Notes under the pieces: model-generated
The model's database searches: none
The model's input: the letters and a program-made list of their open reading frames with translations, nothing else
What the model was told of the DNA's origin: nothing
Program-made: the position numbers and the translations under genes
Assembly (NCBI RefSeq): GCF_004010195.1
Contig: NC_057728.1
Coordinates: 50,622,870 to 50,664,515, forward strand
Length of the DNA: 41,646 bases
From: Chiloscyllium plagiosum
Taxonomy: Eukaryota
Direction of reading: 5' to 3'
Shown here: positions 1 through 12,879 of the stretch, piece by piece
Numbering within the stretch: the first letter of the stretch is position 1
Layout of the letters: the number at the start of each line of letters is the position of its first letter

Positions 1-24
1 GAGAGTGAGGGAAAAATAGTTAAA

Positions 25-672
25 TAGAGTCATAGAGATGTACAGCATGGAAATAAACTCTTCGTCCAAATTGTCCATGCCGACCAGATATCTTAACCTT
101 ATCTAGTCCCATTTTCCAGCACTTTGCCCATATCCCTTTAAATCCTTCCTATTCATATACCCATCCAGATGCCTTTTAAATGTTGTAATTGTACCAGCCT
201 CCACCACTTCCTCTGGCAGCTCATTCCATACACTCACCACCGTCTGTGTGAAAAAGTTGCCTCTTAGGTCTCTTTTAAATCTTTCCTCTCTCACCCTAAA
301 CCTATGCCCTCTAGTTCTGGACTCCCCCACCCCAGGGTAAAGACTGTCTATTTACCCTATCCATGCCCCTCATGATTTTATGAGCCTCTAAGATCACCCC
401 TCAGCCTCCGTTCCAGGGAAAACGACCCCAGCCTGTTCAGCTTCTCCCTATAGCTCAAAACCTCTAACCCTGGCAACGTCTTTGTAAATGTTTTCTGAAC
501 CCTTTCAAGTTTTACAACATACTTCCAATAGGATGGAGATCAAAAATGCAGACAGTATTCCAACAGTGGCCTAACCAATGTCCAGTACAGCTGCCACATG
601 ACCTCCCAACTCCTATACTCAATGCTCTGATCAATAAAAGAAAGCATACCAAACGCCGCCTTCACTATCCTA
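25..672 (-). mobile_element. CR1-type LINE 3' fragment (RT C-terminus, 3' UTR, short repeat tail)
   Basis: ORF 103-330 (ESRTRGHRFRV..DLRGNFFTQ..VWNELPEEVVEAGTITTFKRHLDGYM) is the typical CR1 ORF2 C-terminus; tail tagagtcatagag; near-identical copy at 14925-15117. Confidence 0.85.
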
Positions 673-779
673 TTTCAAGCTGATGGCATTTCCATCAGCA
701 CTGGAATAAGTTTATAGGTTTAATGGTTCATAAGCAGCCGGGTAAGAAGGTTGAACTCTATGCTTGATTTTCTTACTGA

Positions 780-1450
780 TTTAAAAATCTCAGCCTTGAG
801 CACATTAATCACCCAGTCTCAATAACTCTGCAGTGTTTCTTTTTTAAGAAAAAATCAGATTTACTAATCTGAGAAGAAACTCCTCCTCATCTGTATTAAA
901 TGATCAATTCTTTTACTCTCCTTGTGCTGTCTGGCCCTACACTCTCCTACAAGGGGAAGTGATGTTTCTACATCTATTCCTAGCATCTGCATAAGAATCT
1001 TTCATATTGCAATAAGGACACCCTTCATTTTTCTAAACTCCAATGAATATAATCTCGACCTCAACAGCTTTTCTCCATATCCAGGCTCCGTTTAGTGAAC
1101 TTTCTCTGAACTGCCTCTAATGCCAGAAGATGAAAGACCTCCTACTTTTTATACTCCATTCCCTTTTGAAACAAAGGCCAATGTTCCATTTGCCTCTCCC
1201 ATTACCTGTGGATACTAGCTTTTTGTGATTTAGGCACAAGGAGCCCTAAATTCCCTGAGTTGCAATTTTGTTTCATCTTTTTCTTTCCATTAAAGAACAA
1301 AAATTCAGCTCCTCTTTTCCTCCTGCCAAAACACATAACCTCCCCATTTTCCCGAAATTGTATTCCATCTGCGAGCTATTTGCCCATTCAACCTTTCCAT
1401 ATATCACTGCAGACTCGATCATCTTCGCTACTCGCCTTACATTTTTGGTA
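780..1450 (-). mobile_element. Old degraded CR1-like LINE fragment
   Basis: Resembles the minus-strand copies at about 21600-22690 and 29400-30300 (e.g. tatactccattcc..aggccaa..ttccatttgcct); boundaries approximate. Confidence 0.55.
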
Positions 1451-3010
1451 ATCATTTTGGATTTTAAAGCTTTCTTAATCCTGAGGTTTATTGTTAATCT
1501 TTGTCACATTGTATTTTTTTTTCTTTCAACTTAGTCTATCCATGACTTACTTGTTTAACCGGTAGCTTATCTCCATCTGAGAATCTTCCTTTCTCTCTAT
1601 CTTTGCTGTGAACTTTTTTTAAAACGTCTGCCATTATTCCTCAGCCATCATTGTCGCTCAACTCATTTCAAAGTTCACTCTATTAAGCTGTGTCCTCATT
1701 CCTTTGTAATGGTCCTAATTTGAGTTTGACACAGTTGCTCCCAAACTAAGTTTCTCCCCCTCAAACTGAATGTTGCTGCAATTACAAAGGAATTGATATT
1801 TGGGAAGATATGGTAATTTTCTTTTGAAAGGGGTGGAAAGGATTGGTATTCAATCTAATATTGTCCATCCTGTTTTTTCCCTTTTTTTGCATTTTGTTTT
1901 TTCTTCAAGATGTCAGCTCCTTTCTGGAGTATAGTCTGAGTGTACATCCTTGAGCTATTTTAACCCAATGGCTGTTTCTTGTGTGTAAGGTCAGGCAATA
2001 AGAGAAAAAGTTAAACAAGCTGATAACATTCAACAAGTTAGACAATATGTCTAGACCCAAACAATGTGAATGTTTGAGTTTGTGACTTCCTAACCTTTTA
2101 TCAGAACTAATGAAAATTAGCAATATAATGTTTGAACAATTTAAAAGATGTTTTTGTTTTGGTGGGGCAGGGGAGGGGATCGTGGTAAGAGAGAGGGAGG
2201 GTGAAGGACAGTAAAGATTGCACTAATGACACTTATCATTCAGAAACCATAGGGTGCCCTGATGGGATGAGTAAAGAATCAAGGATGTCTAGGTCAGGTG
2301 TGAACGGCAGGATGGTAGCTATCTGAAAAAGCAAAGAAATGGATTAAGGGATATGTATTTGGTTAATGCTGTAACTAGGTAAAGCACCAAATGTGCATAA
2401 ATAAAGTTGGAGTGATCCTCCCAAACTCCCATCCAGCCGCTGTTTTATAAAATTGCAGTGGCTAAATTGACTTGTGCCAAAAATACCAAGCCCATAGAAT
2501 GGCTTCCGAGCAATCACAATTGTGTTAACTGAGCAGATAGTACCTGGCTTTTATTGTAGCCATGGATGTGGGAGATCTGAAACTGAGTGCTGGAGAAACT
2601 CAGCAGGTCTGGCAGCATCTGGTGAAGGGAAAACATTAAAATCCTTTATCTCTTGTGGCCTACACATGATTCCACAGCAACACTGTCACTTTAATTGCCC
2701 TGAGAGCGTGCAACCTGGTTGTGTTGAAACACTTAAATAAAAAGAAGCGCAGATGGAGGCGATCTGAAGCAAAAACTGAAATTGCTGGAGAAACTCAGCA
2801 GGACAGGCAGCATCTGTTTTCTCTCAAGTCATTTTGTTTTAGTATCAAAAACCTCCTTCGGGCTTTTGAGGATAGCTGACAAACGTTGCCCTAACTATCA
2901 GCACCAACAAGTGGTGAACAAATAATAAAACCCTTTTTTTAGTCCCTTGTGCTCTCTGCAGCTGAAATTAGTCATTACACAATTCAAAGCTCTCTTTCGC
3001 AAACAGTATA

Positions 3011-3766
3011 CAGAGGAACCTTGATTATCCAAATATTGATTATCCGAATTTCAGATTATACGAAAAAGATCTCACGGTCCCTCAAAAGCTTTACATCAAA
3101 GTGTATTTGATTTACCTGTACTGAAGAACGTGTGAAAACACTGGCAAAAACAAAGAAACACCAGCACCTCCAGCATCAGCGACTGGATATTTTTATAGGT
3201 AAAGATTAGTTATACAGCCCTTTGCAAAAGTGTTTTACAGGGTATTCCTGTCACCTTTCTGGGCCATTCATGAAAAACATGGCTGAGAAAGCCCTTCCTG
3301 AAGAAGGGCTAATGCCCGAAACGTCGATTCTCCTGTTCCCTAGATGCTGCCTGACCTGCTGCGCTTTTCCAGCAACACATTTCCATCTCCGATCTCCAGC
3401 ATCTGCAGACCTCACTTTCTCCTTGAGAAAGTAAACCCATGCGAGGTGGTGCTTCTCTCTTTCTATTGCGACACTGAGTTTTCAGAAACTGACTAGTGCT
3501 TTTGTGCACATAGAAGCTCTTTGGGACCTTGTTTCATGCTAGGATTTCACACAATATTTATGTGATGGTAAGTCCTTCTCCGTTTCACCTGTAATTTGCA
3601 AAGATAAGTTTGTTTAAATAGCAGACTTATTAAAATTATAGAATTAAACAAGTTATCTGGTAGAGCACAGCGTTAGATTGGTATGGCTTCCCTTGTTTAA
3701 GGTAAATTCAATTACCTGAATAATCAATTATCCGCCCATTTTGTTTGGATAATCGTGGTTCCTCTG
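3011..3766. mobile_element. Non-autonomous Tc1/mariner (Tigger/pogo-like) MITE
   Basis: 23-bp TIRs cagaggaaccttgattatccaaa / tttggataatcgtggttcctctg (21/23 match); TA on the left, CA on the right; subterminal gattatcc repeats. Confidence 0.75.
3292..3423 (+). mobile_element. Penelope-like terminal repeat fragment, family A, with hammerhead motif, nested in the MITE
   Basis: CTGAAGA-a-gggc-taat-gccc-GAAA-c-GTC at 3298-3325; tgagaaag duplicated at 3284-3291 and 3424-3431; same repeat is attached to a GIY-YIG remnant at 40426-41305. Confidence 0.8.
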
Positions 3767-4728
3767 CATTAATCAGTGCATGTTTTAAAAGCTCATTAAA
3801 CAATATTTTAAAATGTCTCAACTACAACAAGCAATGCAGGAGGTCCCATTGACATTTTCGACTCTCTCTCATGGCCATCCAAAAGACTACATCCATCATG
3901 CAAAATCTCTGATATTTTAATGATGAGGTAACAACACTATAATGAAGATAGTTAAAGCCCTGGGATTTGCTCTTGAGAGAAATTGTATTGAAAAGTGGGA
4001 ATCTTATGCTAAAACCTCAGTATATTTAGAGCACAGTATGTACCTCTGGTCCCTGTCATAAGGGTGGCACTGGAGAAGATTAGGATGATGAACCAACTGA
4101 AGTACGAACTCAATGGGACTTTTTTGGTTCCAAAGAGCCAAATTGGATTCAAAACATTAACTGTTTCTGTCTCTTCACAGATGCTGCTAATCCTGCACAG
4201 TTTCTCCAGCACTTTTTGTTTTGGAAAAGGCTGAAAGAGAAATAAAGGAAAGTGAGGGGAGCCCTAATAGAGGTCTTGGATTAATTTTATAATGAAGTCT
4301 TGTGATACCTAGTTTTGGGCGTGCCATTAAACAGATAATGGTCCTTAATGAATCAAAAGAGTAATTCGAGAGAAACTTTGTTATCTAGAGATGTGTGAGA
4401 ATGTGAAACTTTTCTACCATGCGTGAGGGGAGGTTTTTAAAAAAAAAAATAAACGTAGGTAGAAGAGAAGGAGTTGTAGGATAGGTCTGCTATGATGGTA
4501 GGATGCTCAGAGTAAATATTATATGACAAGCGAGGCTGTGTAGTCACCTTTGCTGTAGACTCAGTAGCCCAATGGAGTAACTAAAACCAGTAGGATTTCT
4601 CAATAGTGATGCAGCGGGGTATTAAACTACAGGCAGGAAAATTTTTTTCATTGGGTCTAACGTTTAGTATCAAGATGTGGATTTCTCTCATCTACAAGCG
4701 TTGTCTTGTTTTGGTTTCGCCTCTTTAG

Positions 4729-4919
4729 ATCACGGAGTATTCACAAGGTGTGAACCAGATTTAATGAAAATAATTGTGTCAAAAGAATATTTGGCAGATC
4801 AGTTGAAGTCCGGATTGAATCTGGTCTTGAACGATGGTAGCTGTGCTGTCAAGGAAGGGCACGAATACTACACCTTTACAATCACTGAAAAGCAGGATTA
4901 CTGTAGAGGACAGCTGCTG
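4729..4919 (+). CDS. ZP-module protein (uromodulin/GP2/ZPD-like), first ZP-N exon
   Basis: ctctttag|AT..CTG|gtaaga; (D)HGVFTRCEPDLMKIIVSKEYL..LNDGSC..YYTFTITEKQDYCRGQLL carries ZP-N Cys1-3; phase 1 to phase 0. Confidence 0.9.
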
Positions 4920-5193
4920 GTAAGAAAGATATTCCTTCCTCTCTCAAGCTAAGGCCAGAGATGTATTGTGTGAAGTAATGATCTCAACTGATATGTTTTA
5001 ATTGAATTTGGTAATACTTTGAACTGGGTATATGTGGACACACTTTTTAAACTTACAATTTAAATTCTATTTGCATTTTAAGTTTGAATAAATTTTTGTA
5101 AATTAAGACCTGGTAACAGGTCAAGTCTCAGCTTTGATTTTAAAATGCTAAGGAGATCAAAATGCTATTTGGTGTCTCTTTGAATTTTTCTAG

Positions 5194-5348
5194 ATAAATG
5201 AGACACACAGTATATTTAAACATGTCATCACTAATGACTTCCATTCTGATTTAATAATCAGAGAAGAGCCGTTAATATTTGAAGTGAAATGTGCCTATCT
5301 ACGTCAATCCTTGGTGAATATGCCTCTGCCAACTCCCCCACACATCAG
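5194..5348 (+). CDS. ZP-module protein, second ZP-N exon (not in the ORF track)
   Basis: tttttctag|ATA..AG|gtaaat; INETHSIFKHVITNDFHSDLIIREEPLIFEVKCAYLRQSLVNMPLPTPPHI with the CxY (Cys4) motif; phase 0 to phase 2. Confidence 0.9.
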
Positions 5349-5808
5349 GTAAATAGTTGTTACTCTTTTTTTTACTAGGATTGAGTTTATTGATGGCCAT
5401 TGATGCAAAGAGAAGCGGGAACGAGGTGGATGAAAATGATTAAAAATTTTGTCTTTGTCTTGCCTTTGTGTATAACAGACTGCTCAATGTCTGGCAATCG
5501 ACTGATTTTAAGAGAAGCATTTGGGAACTCCTGTAAATGTATTTTTTTTAAACTATTGTACAGAATGTGAAATTGATCTTTGAATAGGTTTGGGGTTGCT
5601 GTGCCCAGGTTAGCTCATTGTTTGGACCAATAGAGAGAACAACAAGCTTAAATTAGAATCTGTTTTACAACACTGACCATTTGTTCCAGTGCATTTACCT
5701 TGGTGTTCTCATGTTGGGTGTGGCTCAGTGACACTCATGTCTCTGATTCAGAAGGTTATTGGCTCATTTCCCACTCCAGTGACTTGAATGCAATTTTTTC
5801 CAGTGCAA

Positions 5809-5977
5809 AGTTAAAAATCATGCAACACCAGGTTATAGTCCAACAGGTTTAATGGGAAGCGCACTAGCTTTCGGAGCGGTGCTCCAAAAGCTAGTATGCT
5901 TCCCATATAACCTGGTGTTGTGTGACTTTTTTTAACTTTTGTACACCCCAGTCCAACACCGGCATCTCCAAATCATG
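5809..5977. mobile_element. Penelope-like family B fold-back mini-insertion
   Basis: Inverted arms centred on tttcggagcggtgctccaaaagctag; flanked by ttccagtgcaa (5798-5808) and ttccagagcaa (5978-5988). Confidence 0.75.
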
Positions 5978-6507
5978 TTCCAGAGCAAGTCATGAGGAAA
6001 AGCTGTGTTGTCCGAGGAACCATCATTGAGTTGAAGGGGCAGCGAGTAGTTTTTGTTCTTGATTGATCATAAGAGATTTCATGACACTACTTTGAAGAAA
6101 AGCAGTAATGGTGAGGAGATAATGTTAGACAACATCAGTCTCTGATTCACTATTAATCCCTACATTTAACATCTGAAAAGTGCTTTACAGCCAATGAAGC
6201 TTAGCAATGTCTTGAGGTAATTTAAAGGCACTCTGTAAATACAAGTCTGGACTTCTACATAAACTACTACCCAGCTTCCCTCATCCAGTTTTCAATATAT
6301 TCTCTATTCCTTTCTTTCTTGTGTTTATTCAGATTCACCTTTACACAACTACACAATTCACCTCAATTACTTTCATTCCATTTGGTAGCGCGTTTCACGT
6401 TCCAAACAATTCTCCTTAATTCCAATTGGACTTATGGCTGGTTTCAATTTATGGTCTGGCTTTGTACAGAGATAATAATACAACTTTTTTTCTTGTTTCT
6501 TGCTGAG

Positions 6508-6759
6508 GATTTTTAAGCCCATCGTGCAGTACCATGAAGAAAAACTCCAACTCACTATGACCCTCTACAAAGACCATACTTTCTCGCCTGATGCTGCTTA
6601 TGGTGCAAGCCCAGTGATTTGGCTGAATGATGATCTCTATTTGGAGGTCAAATCCTCTGGGGCTTTTGGCATTGCGTTTGTGCTGCAAGTAACTTCGTGT
6701 TGGGCAACGACCACACCTGACTCTCAAGAGAAAAGGAAATTCCACTTCCTTCAGGATGG
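6508..6759 (+). CDS. ZP-module protein, linker/IHP and first ZP-C exon
   Basis: LQLTMTLYKD (internal hydrophobic patch)..LYLEV..LQVTSCWATTTPD..FLQDG; donor GG|gtgagt; acceptor must be gag to keep phase 2. Confidence 0.9.
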
Positions 6760-8859
6760 GTGAGTAAAATTCTCAGTGTCTCGGATATGTTTTCAGTTTT
6801 GTCCCTTGTTCCTTTTATAGTTGTGAAGGTCTTTGATAGAGTAAATAAGGTGGTTGGGAGCAAGGGCTGCTGTTTCCATTGGCAGCAAAGTCCAATACCA
6901 TTGGACAGAGAGGTAATGGCAAAATACACTGTATTCATCTCAGTCAGGTTATCAGTGTGACCACATCTGGAATATTGTGCACAGTGTTGATCACCACCTT
7001 TATTTAAGGATGCAGATAAATGCATTGGTAAACTTGTTTTGAACTGCTTCCAACCTAAATACAGGTCATTTTGGGAGGGAACGTTGGACAGACCAGCCTT
7101 GGATCTGTTGCAAATTAGATTAAGAGGCAAGTTGATTGAACATGAGAACTAGGGGTATGAGGATGCAATTTAGCACCTCAAGCCTGTTCCGCCACTTAAT
7201 ACAATCCTGGCTGATCTCCTGTCATGTCAGCCTCATCTCCACTTCCTTGTGCACACTCCATAGCACTTCAACTCAACATCTTGAGATCCTGAGGTCTCTT
7301 AACTTAGTTGATGCGGACAGGATGTTTCCTTTTGTGGAACTCATAGCCACTGTTCTTAAAAATAAGTGGCTGCTTATTTAAAACTGGAATTGTTTCATTT
7401 TGAGGGTCAGGAGTCTTTGGAAATGTCGTCTTGAAAAGTAGAATTGGTTTTTAAAATGGGAGTGGATAGATTCTTGATAAGACAGTGAGAAGTTACGAAG
7501 AGTGAGTGGGAATGTGGATTTGAGGTTATAATCAGAAATACCATGATCTTCTTGAATGGCACAACAAGCTCAGGGGATCAAGTAGCCAATCCCTGGATTC
7601 TTTCTTTCTTATGTAACAAGCTAGAATGGTCAAGAATTCATTGTCTGGGGAAACACACTACTGAATTTATTTCAGTCTATGTTTAGGGAACTGTGGATTT
7701 TAAGGCAAGAGCAGGGAAGTGGGTGATCGGAACTTTTTTTCAAATACAGCTCAGCAAGGAGGGCAAATTTGGATACTTGGCATACTATGCCATTATCCAA
7801 GTCTTTAAAAACAAAATGCAAGTAAGTAAGGCCCTTGTGGGATACCACTGGTCACATCCTGCCAATTTGAGTATCTACCCACTATCTCTACTTTGTCACC
7901 TATAATTCCACCAACCAACTTCTCAGCTACGTCAGTAATTTGTCCTCCAATTCTATGGGCTACAATGTTTTTTCTAATTAAGACAATCTCTACAGAATAA
8001 GTTCTATTCTCTTGTACTGGCGATAAGCCCATTCCTTATTAAGAAATCTGATCTTTTTGTTTAAACCCAAATTTCTAGGCAGTTGATCATCTTAGTAACT
8101 GGAAAAAATATTTTTGTTTTATAATGTGATGCATGAGGTCATGGGTCAAGAATGACAGCACACTCCCTAGTTACTATCCTAACATGCCGAAGAAGAATCA
8201 TGCCCGAAGTAAGCAGTTTAGAGACAAGAAAATTATTTAAAGTTTTGAAATAAAAATCCAACAAGACTTTTCTCTCTTAGATATGCAAAAAGGTGTGAAC
8301 TGCCTCAATGGAGTCAAAATATGTTCATTATTTTTCCAAGTTGGATGCTTTAAAGAATGTTCTTCCAATGGTTTAATAAAATTAGGAATACTTAAAAGCT
8401 ATTGAAACAGTTTAAAACTGATTTGATACCCTTTTTGTTTCAGCTGCAAACAATTTTGCCTCATCTATTAATTCAGACCATTTTAGAATATTTTCTTTTT
8501 TTTTGGAGAAATTATAAACTGGTAACAGCTGAAAGATCAGTGTGGGTGCCAGATCAATACCATGCTAGGAAAGGTCAAAAGCACACTGAGTCCGTCTGTC
8601 TATAAAAACGAGCTGTTAAAAGTTTGCTTAGCAATTTGGAGCACAAATTTAACACATCAGTATTAACAGCGAAAGAGCTAAGAGATTCCCAAAAAGATAC
8701 AATTCACATTGAAGACCAATTTAGAATCAGATGAAACTTCATATTCAATAACTAGAATGTTATTAAGACACACTTTCAGAATCTAACGACCACTTCTGAG
8801 CAAGTGCACAGAAAAGGATTTGGTGTAGTCTTTCAGATGGGGAACTAGCAAACTGAATA

Positions 8860-9510
8860 GTTGAGTTGGTGATTGCATCTACAAATTTGCTGATGACACC
8901 ATGATATCTAACGACAAGTCAAAATATAGAAGGGAGATAGAGGGCTTGCGACGTGGTGCAAAGAGAACAACCCCTCTCTCCACGTTAGTAAAACTAAAGA
9001 ACTGATCATTCAGGGAAAAAAAAGGAGAACATGCCCCCATCTACACCAACAGAATGGAGTTGGAGAGTCCCAGTTCCTCAGAGTGACTATAACCGACAAC
9101 CTGCCCGGGACTTCCCACATAGATGCGACAGTCAAGAAGGCACAACAACACCTCTTCTTTCTCAGGCAGCTCAGGAAATATTGGCATATCCATAAGGACC
9201 CTCACCAACTGTTACTGATGCACCATTGAAAGCATACTGTCCGGGTGTGTATAGGCCTGGTACGGCAACTGCTCTGCTCGGAAGAAACTGCAGAATGTGG
9301 TATGCACAGCTGAGACCATCACGGAAGCCAACCTCTATCCATGGACTCCATCTACACAGCTCACTACTGCAGAAAGGCTACCAATATCATCAAAAATCTA
9401 TCAAACCCTGGTAATGATCTCCTCCAATCTCTTCCAACAGACAGAAGATACTGAAGCCTGATCACACACACATCAGCAGGTTTAGGAATAGCTTCTTCCT
9501 GGCCATTATT
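8860..9510 (+). mobile_element. Degraded LINE RT fragment (L2/Rex1-like)
   Basis: aaatttgctgatgacacc = KFADDT RT motif, followed by VSKTKELII- and FFLRQLRK-like segments with frameshifts. Confidence 0.65.
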
Positions 9511-12365
9511 AGATTGAATGGACAGTCTAGCCTCAATAAGCAATGTAACCTGTATGCCTTGAAGTCTCTTTGGTCTATACATCCTTGCTTACTGTCTGTA
9601 CTGCTCATAAACAAAGCTTTTCACTGTACTTCAGCATACGTGACAGTAAGTAAATCAATCAATGCATCTTCCCCCATGAAATTGCCCAGCAAGTATTTCT
9701 TAGATTCAATCCTTAATGTCAAAGGATAAGGATGGATGCAAGTGTGAAGCGATTCTCTCAGATCGTCGAAGTTTGCAGGTCCTAAGTACAGACTCGACAG
9801 TTGATACAATCACTAGCGCACCTGAATATGGGAGGCAATATCCAGCTTTCAATCAATTTGCAAGGCACGAGGCAGAAGCAGTGCACTCATGCAAAGTCCA
9901 AAGCAGCTATGAAGAATCAGCCCAAACTGATCATGAATAAGGAACACCTTTTCAAGCTACAATACTGGTCACCTGGTAACCAGCCTTGCACATGAATTGA
10001 TCAAACCAGAATCTGTAAAGATGTTACAATGAGTGAACACATGTTTCACACACCTTCTCTCCATCTTGTGGAAGGCATCAACTTTGCAAACATTACACAT
10101 TGTATGATAAAGGTCATCTGAAAACTGGTGACTGTTATTCCTGAAGGTTGGCACTTGTTCCAGTATCAATATACTACCGCTGCAAATTCTCATCAGACCA
10201 TGTGGCCCCAGGCTTGGGAAGCCATGATACAATCTGTTGAAGGTAAAATGTTAAGCAAGTGACTGTATTCACCAATTCTGTGAAAAATCAATATTGCTGA
10301 TCTGTAAATGTTCTACTGAATAGAGTTTGCTGGATTGAAATACACCATAATCCATGGAATCAGCACCAGACATCTGGATTCACAACAGAAACTGCAGTAG
10401 ATTATTCAATAAATACTGAAACAAACAAAATCCGACATTTCTGGGATATCTCTGCAGGTTTGGCTGCATCTGTGGAAAGAACACAAATGCTGCTGGATCT
10501 GCTGAGTTTTTTCCAGTAGTGTGTGTGTGTTTGTTTGTTTGTTTTTATTATTTAAGAAATATTTTCAGAACTAAATGAAACACTTCTTTTTTTTATGAAT
10601 TAGTGAAATGAAATCATGCTATCTGCTCTGAATAGAACTGGGAATCCAGTAGGACAGACTGAGCAACCAGATGAGAATTGACCCAAACTCTGTGTCTCAA
10701 TCTGAAGACTTTTAAGGGATATCACTGCTCACAAAGATGAACAAAGAGGTGAGGGAGGAAAATAAAAATAGGATGAACCACTAGCTCTGTATCCACAATC
10801 CAAATAAGTCTGCCAATCTATACAAAGACTTGGAGCGATTCTCAGGCAAAACTGATCAGGCTTGACAGGAGCAGCTAAGGAAGCATCAGCTTAAGCTCAA
10901 ATCAATGCTGCAGGAAATGGTGGACCTCCCAAAAGTAAGTAGAGGTGCACCATGCATAAAACACGAAGCTACAAATTGCTCAAGGCTGTCTCTTTTTTTT
11001 TTTTTAGAAAGAAAATGGGTACTCCAGTGACAGAAACTTGGACAGGAAGCTGCCAAGTCACTGGACCAGCAATTATCACTAATGGCACTTCACTTCAATC
11101 ACTATTTGGCTAAAACAGATGAGCATCAAATAGCTGCTTGTGGCAACTTGCTTTGCGCAGACAACTACCATTTGTACCTTACATTACAGCAGTGACGGCA
11201 CTTTAATATTAAATTGACTGACTGTTTTCAAGCATTTTGGGAAGCCTTTGATACAAATTTTAAGAAGGGTTTTTAATTGTTGCAAAGGGGCAGAGTAGTT
11301 TGGGAAGAAAGTTGTGATGGAGACTAAAACAAGGATGATGGTCCCTAATTAATCAAACATGAAATTCCAGAGATTTAGTGAGAATGTGGAAATGTCATGG
11401 GGAGGTGAATGGAATAGTTGTTTGTCTAGCTTCCCCTGGAAATATAAAGGAGAAAGGTACCTCAGATTATGTTGGTGGGGTGAGACCAAAGGGATGGAAG
11501 GAGGTTCTGATGGAGCATAAACATGAGCAATTTGGTCTGTAAAGCCTGTGAAGAGAAATCTGCTTTTCTTTCTTTTTGCTTCATAGTGATAATAACTCTA
11601 GCTGTACCACTCCCTAAATGCTTTGGATGAGATGACTTCTATATTTAAAGTGAAAGAGTCAGCACCTTCCTACGTGGATGTATTTGCACCCGCCATCCTC
11701 TAAAGATGGGGATCCACTGGGCTGCCTTGGTTTAAAATCACTTACTGGTCTAATGACGAGAGGCTATTGTATTGTACAAGAAATAACTTGTTGCATATTA
11801 GCAACTAGTTAGAGATTACATTGTCACAATGTTGCTATAGCAGAGACTAAAGAGCTGGATGTTGGGATTTTGGCATGAGACGTAAGCTGTTCTGCATGCA
11901 AGTGATTGTAGCAACATTGTCTTGGACAGTAGGAACAGAAGAACAGGAACAGGCCATTTGTCCCCTTGAGCTTGCTCTACCCTTCATTACGTTATGATTT
12001 ATCATTGTGCATTCAATACCTCTAATCCCACCCTCCCCTCATATCTAGTGATCCCTTTTCACTGTGAGAGCTATACCTATCTCCTGGAGAAAACCCTATT
12101 TTTGCCTCAACTGCTTGTGTGATAGTGAATTTTACAGGCTCACTTCTCTCTGGATGAAGACATTTTTCCTAGCCTCAGTCCTAAATGATTTACCCCTTTA
12201 TACTTAAACTATGACCCCTGTTTCTAGTTTACCCCACTATTGGGATCATCCTTCCACCATCTAACCTGTCCAGTCCTATTAGAATTTTATAGGCTTTTTG
12301 AGATTTGCCCCAACTCTATTCTTCTTAACTTCCAGTTAGAGTCCGAACCAACTCAATCTCTCCTT

Positions 12366-12619
12366 GGTAAAAGCAAATTACCGCGGATGCTGGATCTGAA
12401 ACCAAAAGAGAAAATGCTGGAAAATCTCAGCAGGTCTAGCAGCATATGTAAGGAGAGAAAAGAGCTGATGTTTCGAGTCTAACTGACCCTTTGTCAAAGC
12501 GAAAAGCTTTTAGCTTTGACAAAGGGTCAGTTAGACTCTAAACGTCAGCTCTTTTTTTTTCTCCTTACAGATGCTGCCAGACCTGCTGAGATTTTACAGC
12601 ACTTTCTCTTTTGGTTTCA
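12366..12619. mobile_element. Penelope-like family C fold-back insertion with two hammerhead-like motifs, inside a CR1 remnant
   Basis: About 104-bp inverted arms 12397-12500 and 12513-12619; tcaatctc duplicated at 12353-12360 and 12617-12624. Confidence 0.75.
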
Positions 12620-12879
12620 ATCTCCTCTCGTATGTCTTGCCTGCCATTCCAGGAATCCATTTGGTATGCCTTCACTTCATTTCACTCCTACAGTGAGACC
12701 AATCCTACACACCATACTCCTTGGTATGGCCTCACCAATGCCCTGTATATCTGTGCTTCAGGCAGTCCTCAGTATTAACCCTTTTCAGATGCATATCCAA
12801 TGATCACGTTGATTCTCCTGCACACTGGTCAACTCTGGTAAGGAGTAAAGGACTGCTTGCTTTCCTTTTTTCCATTTAG

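Noticed and set aside
2522..2740. Cys-rich ORF as a possible EGF-like exon of the ZP gene
   Set aside because: It runs through a family C repeat fragment, the Cys spacing is not EGF-like, and there are no suitable phase-1 splice sites.
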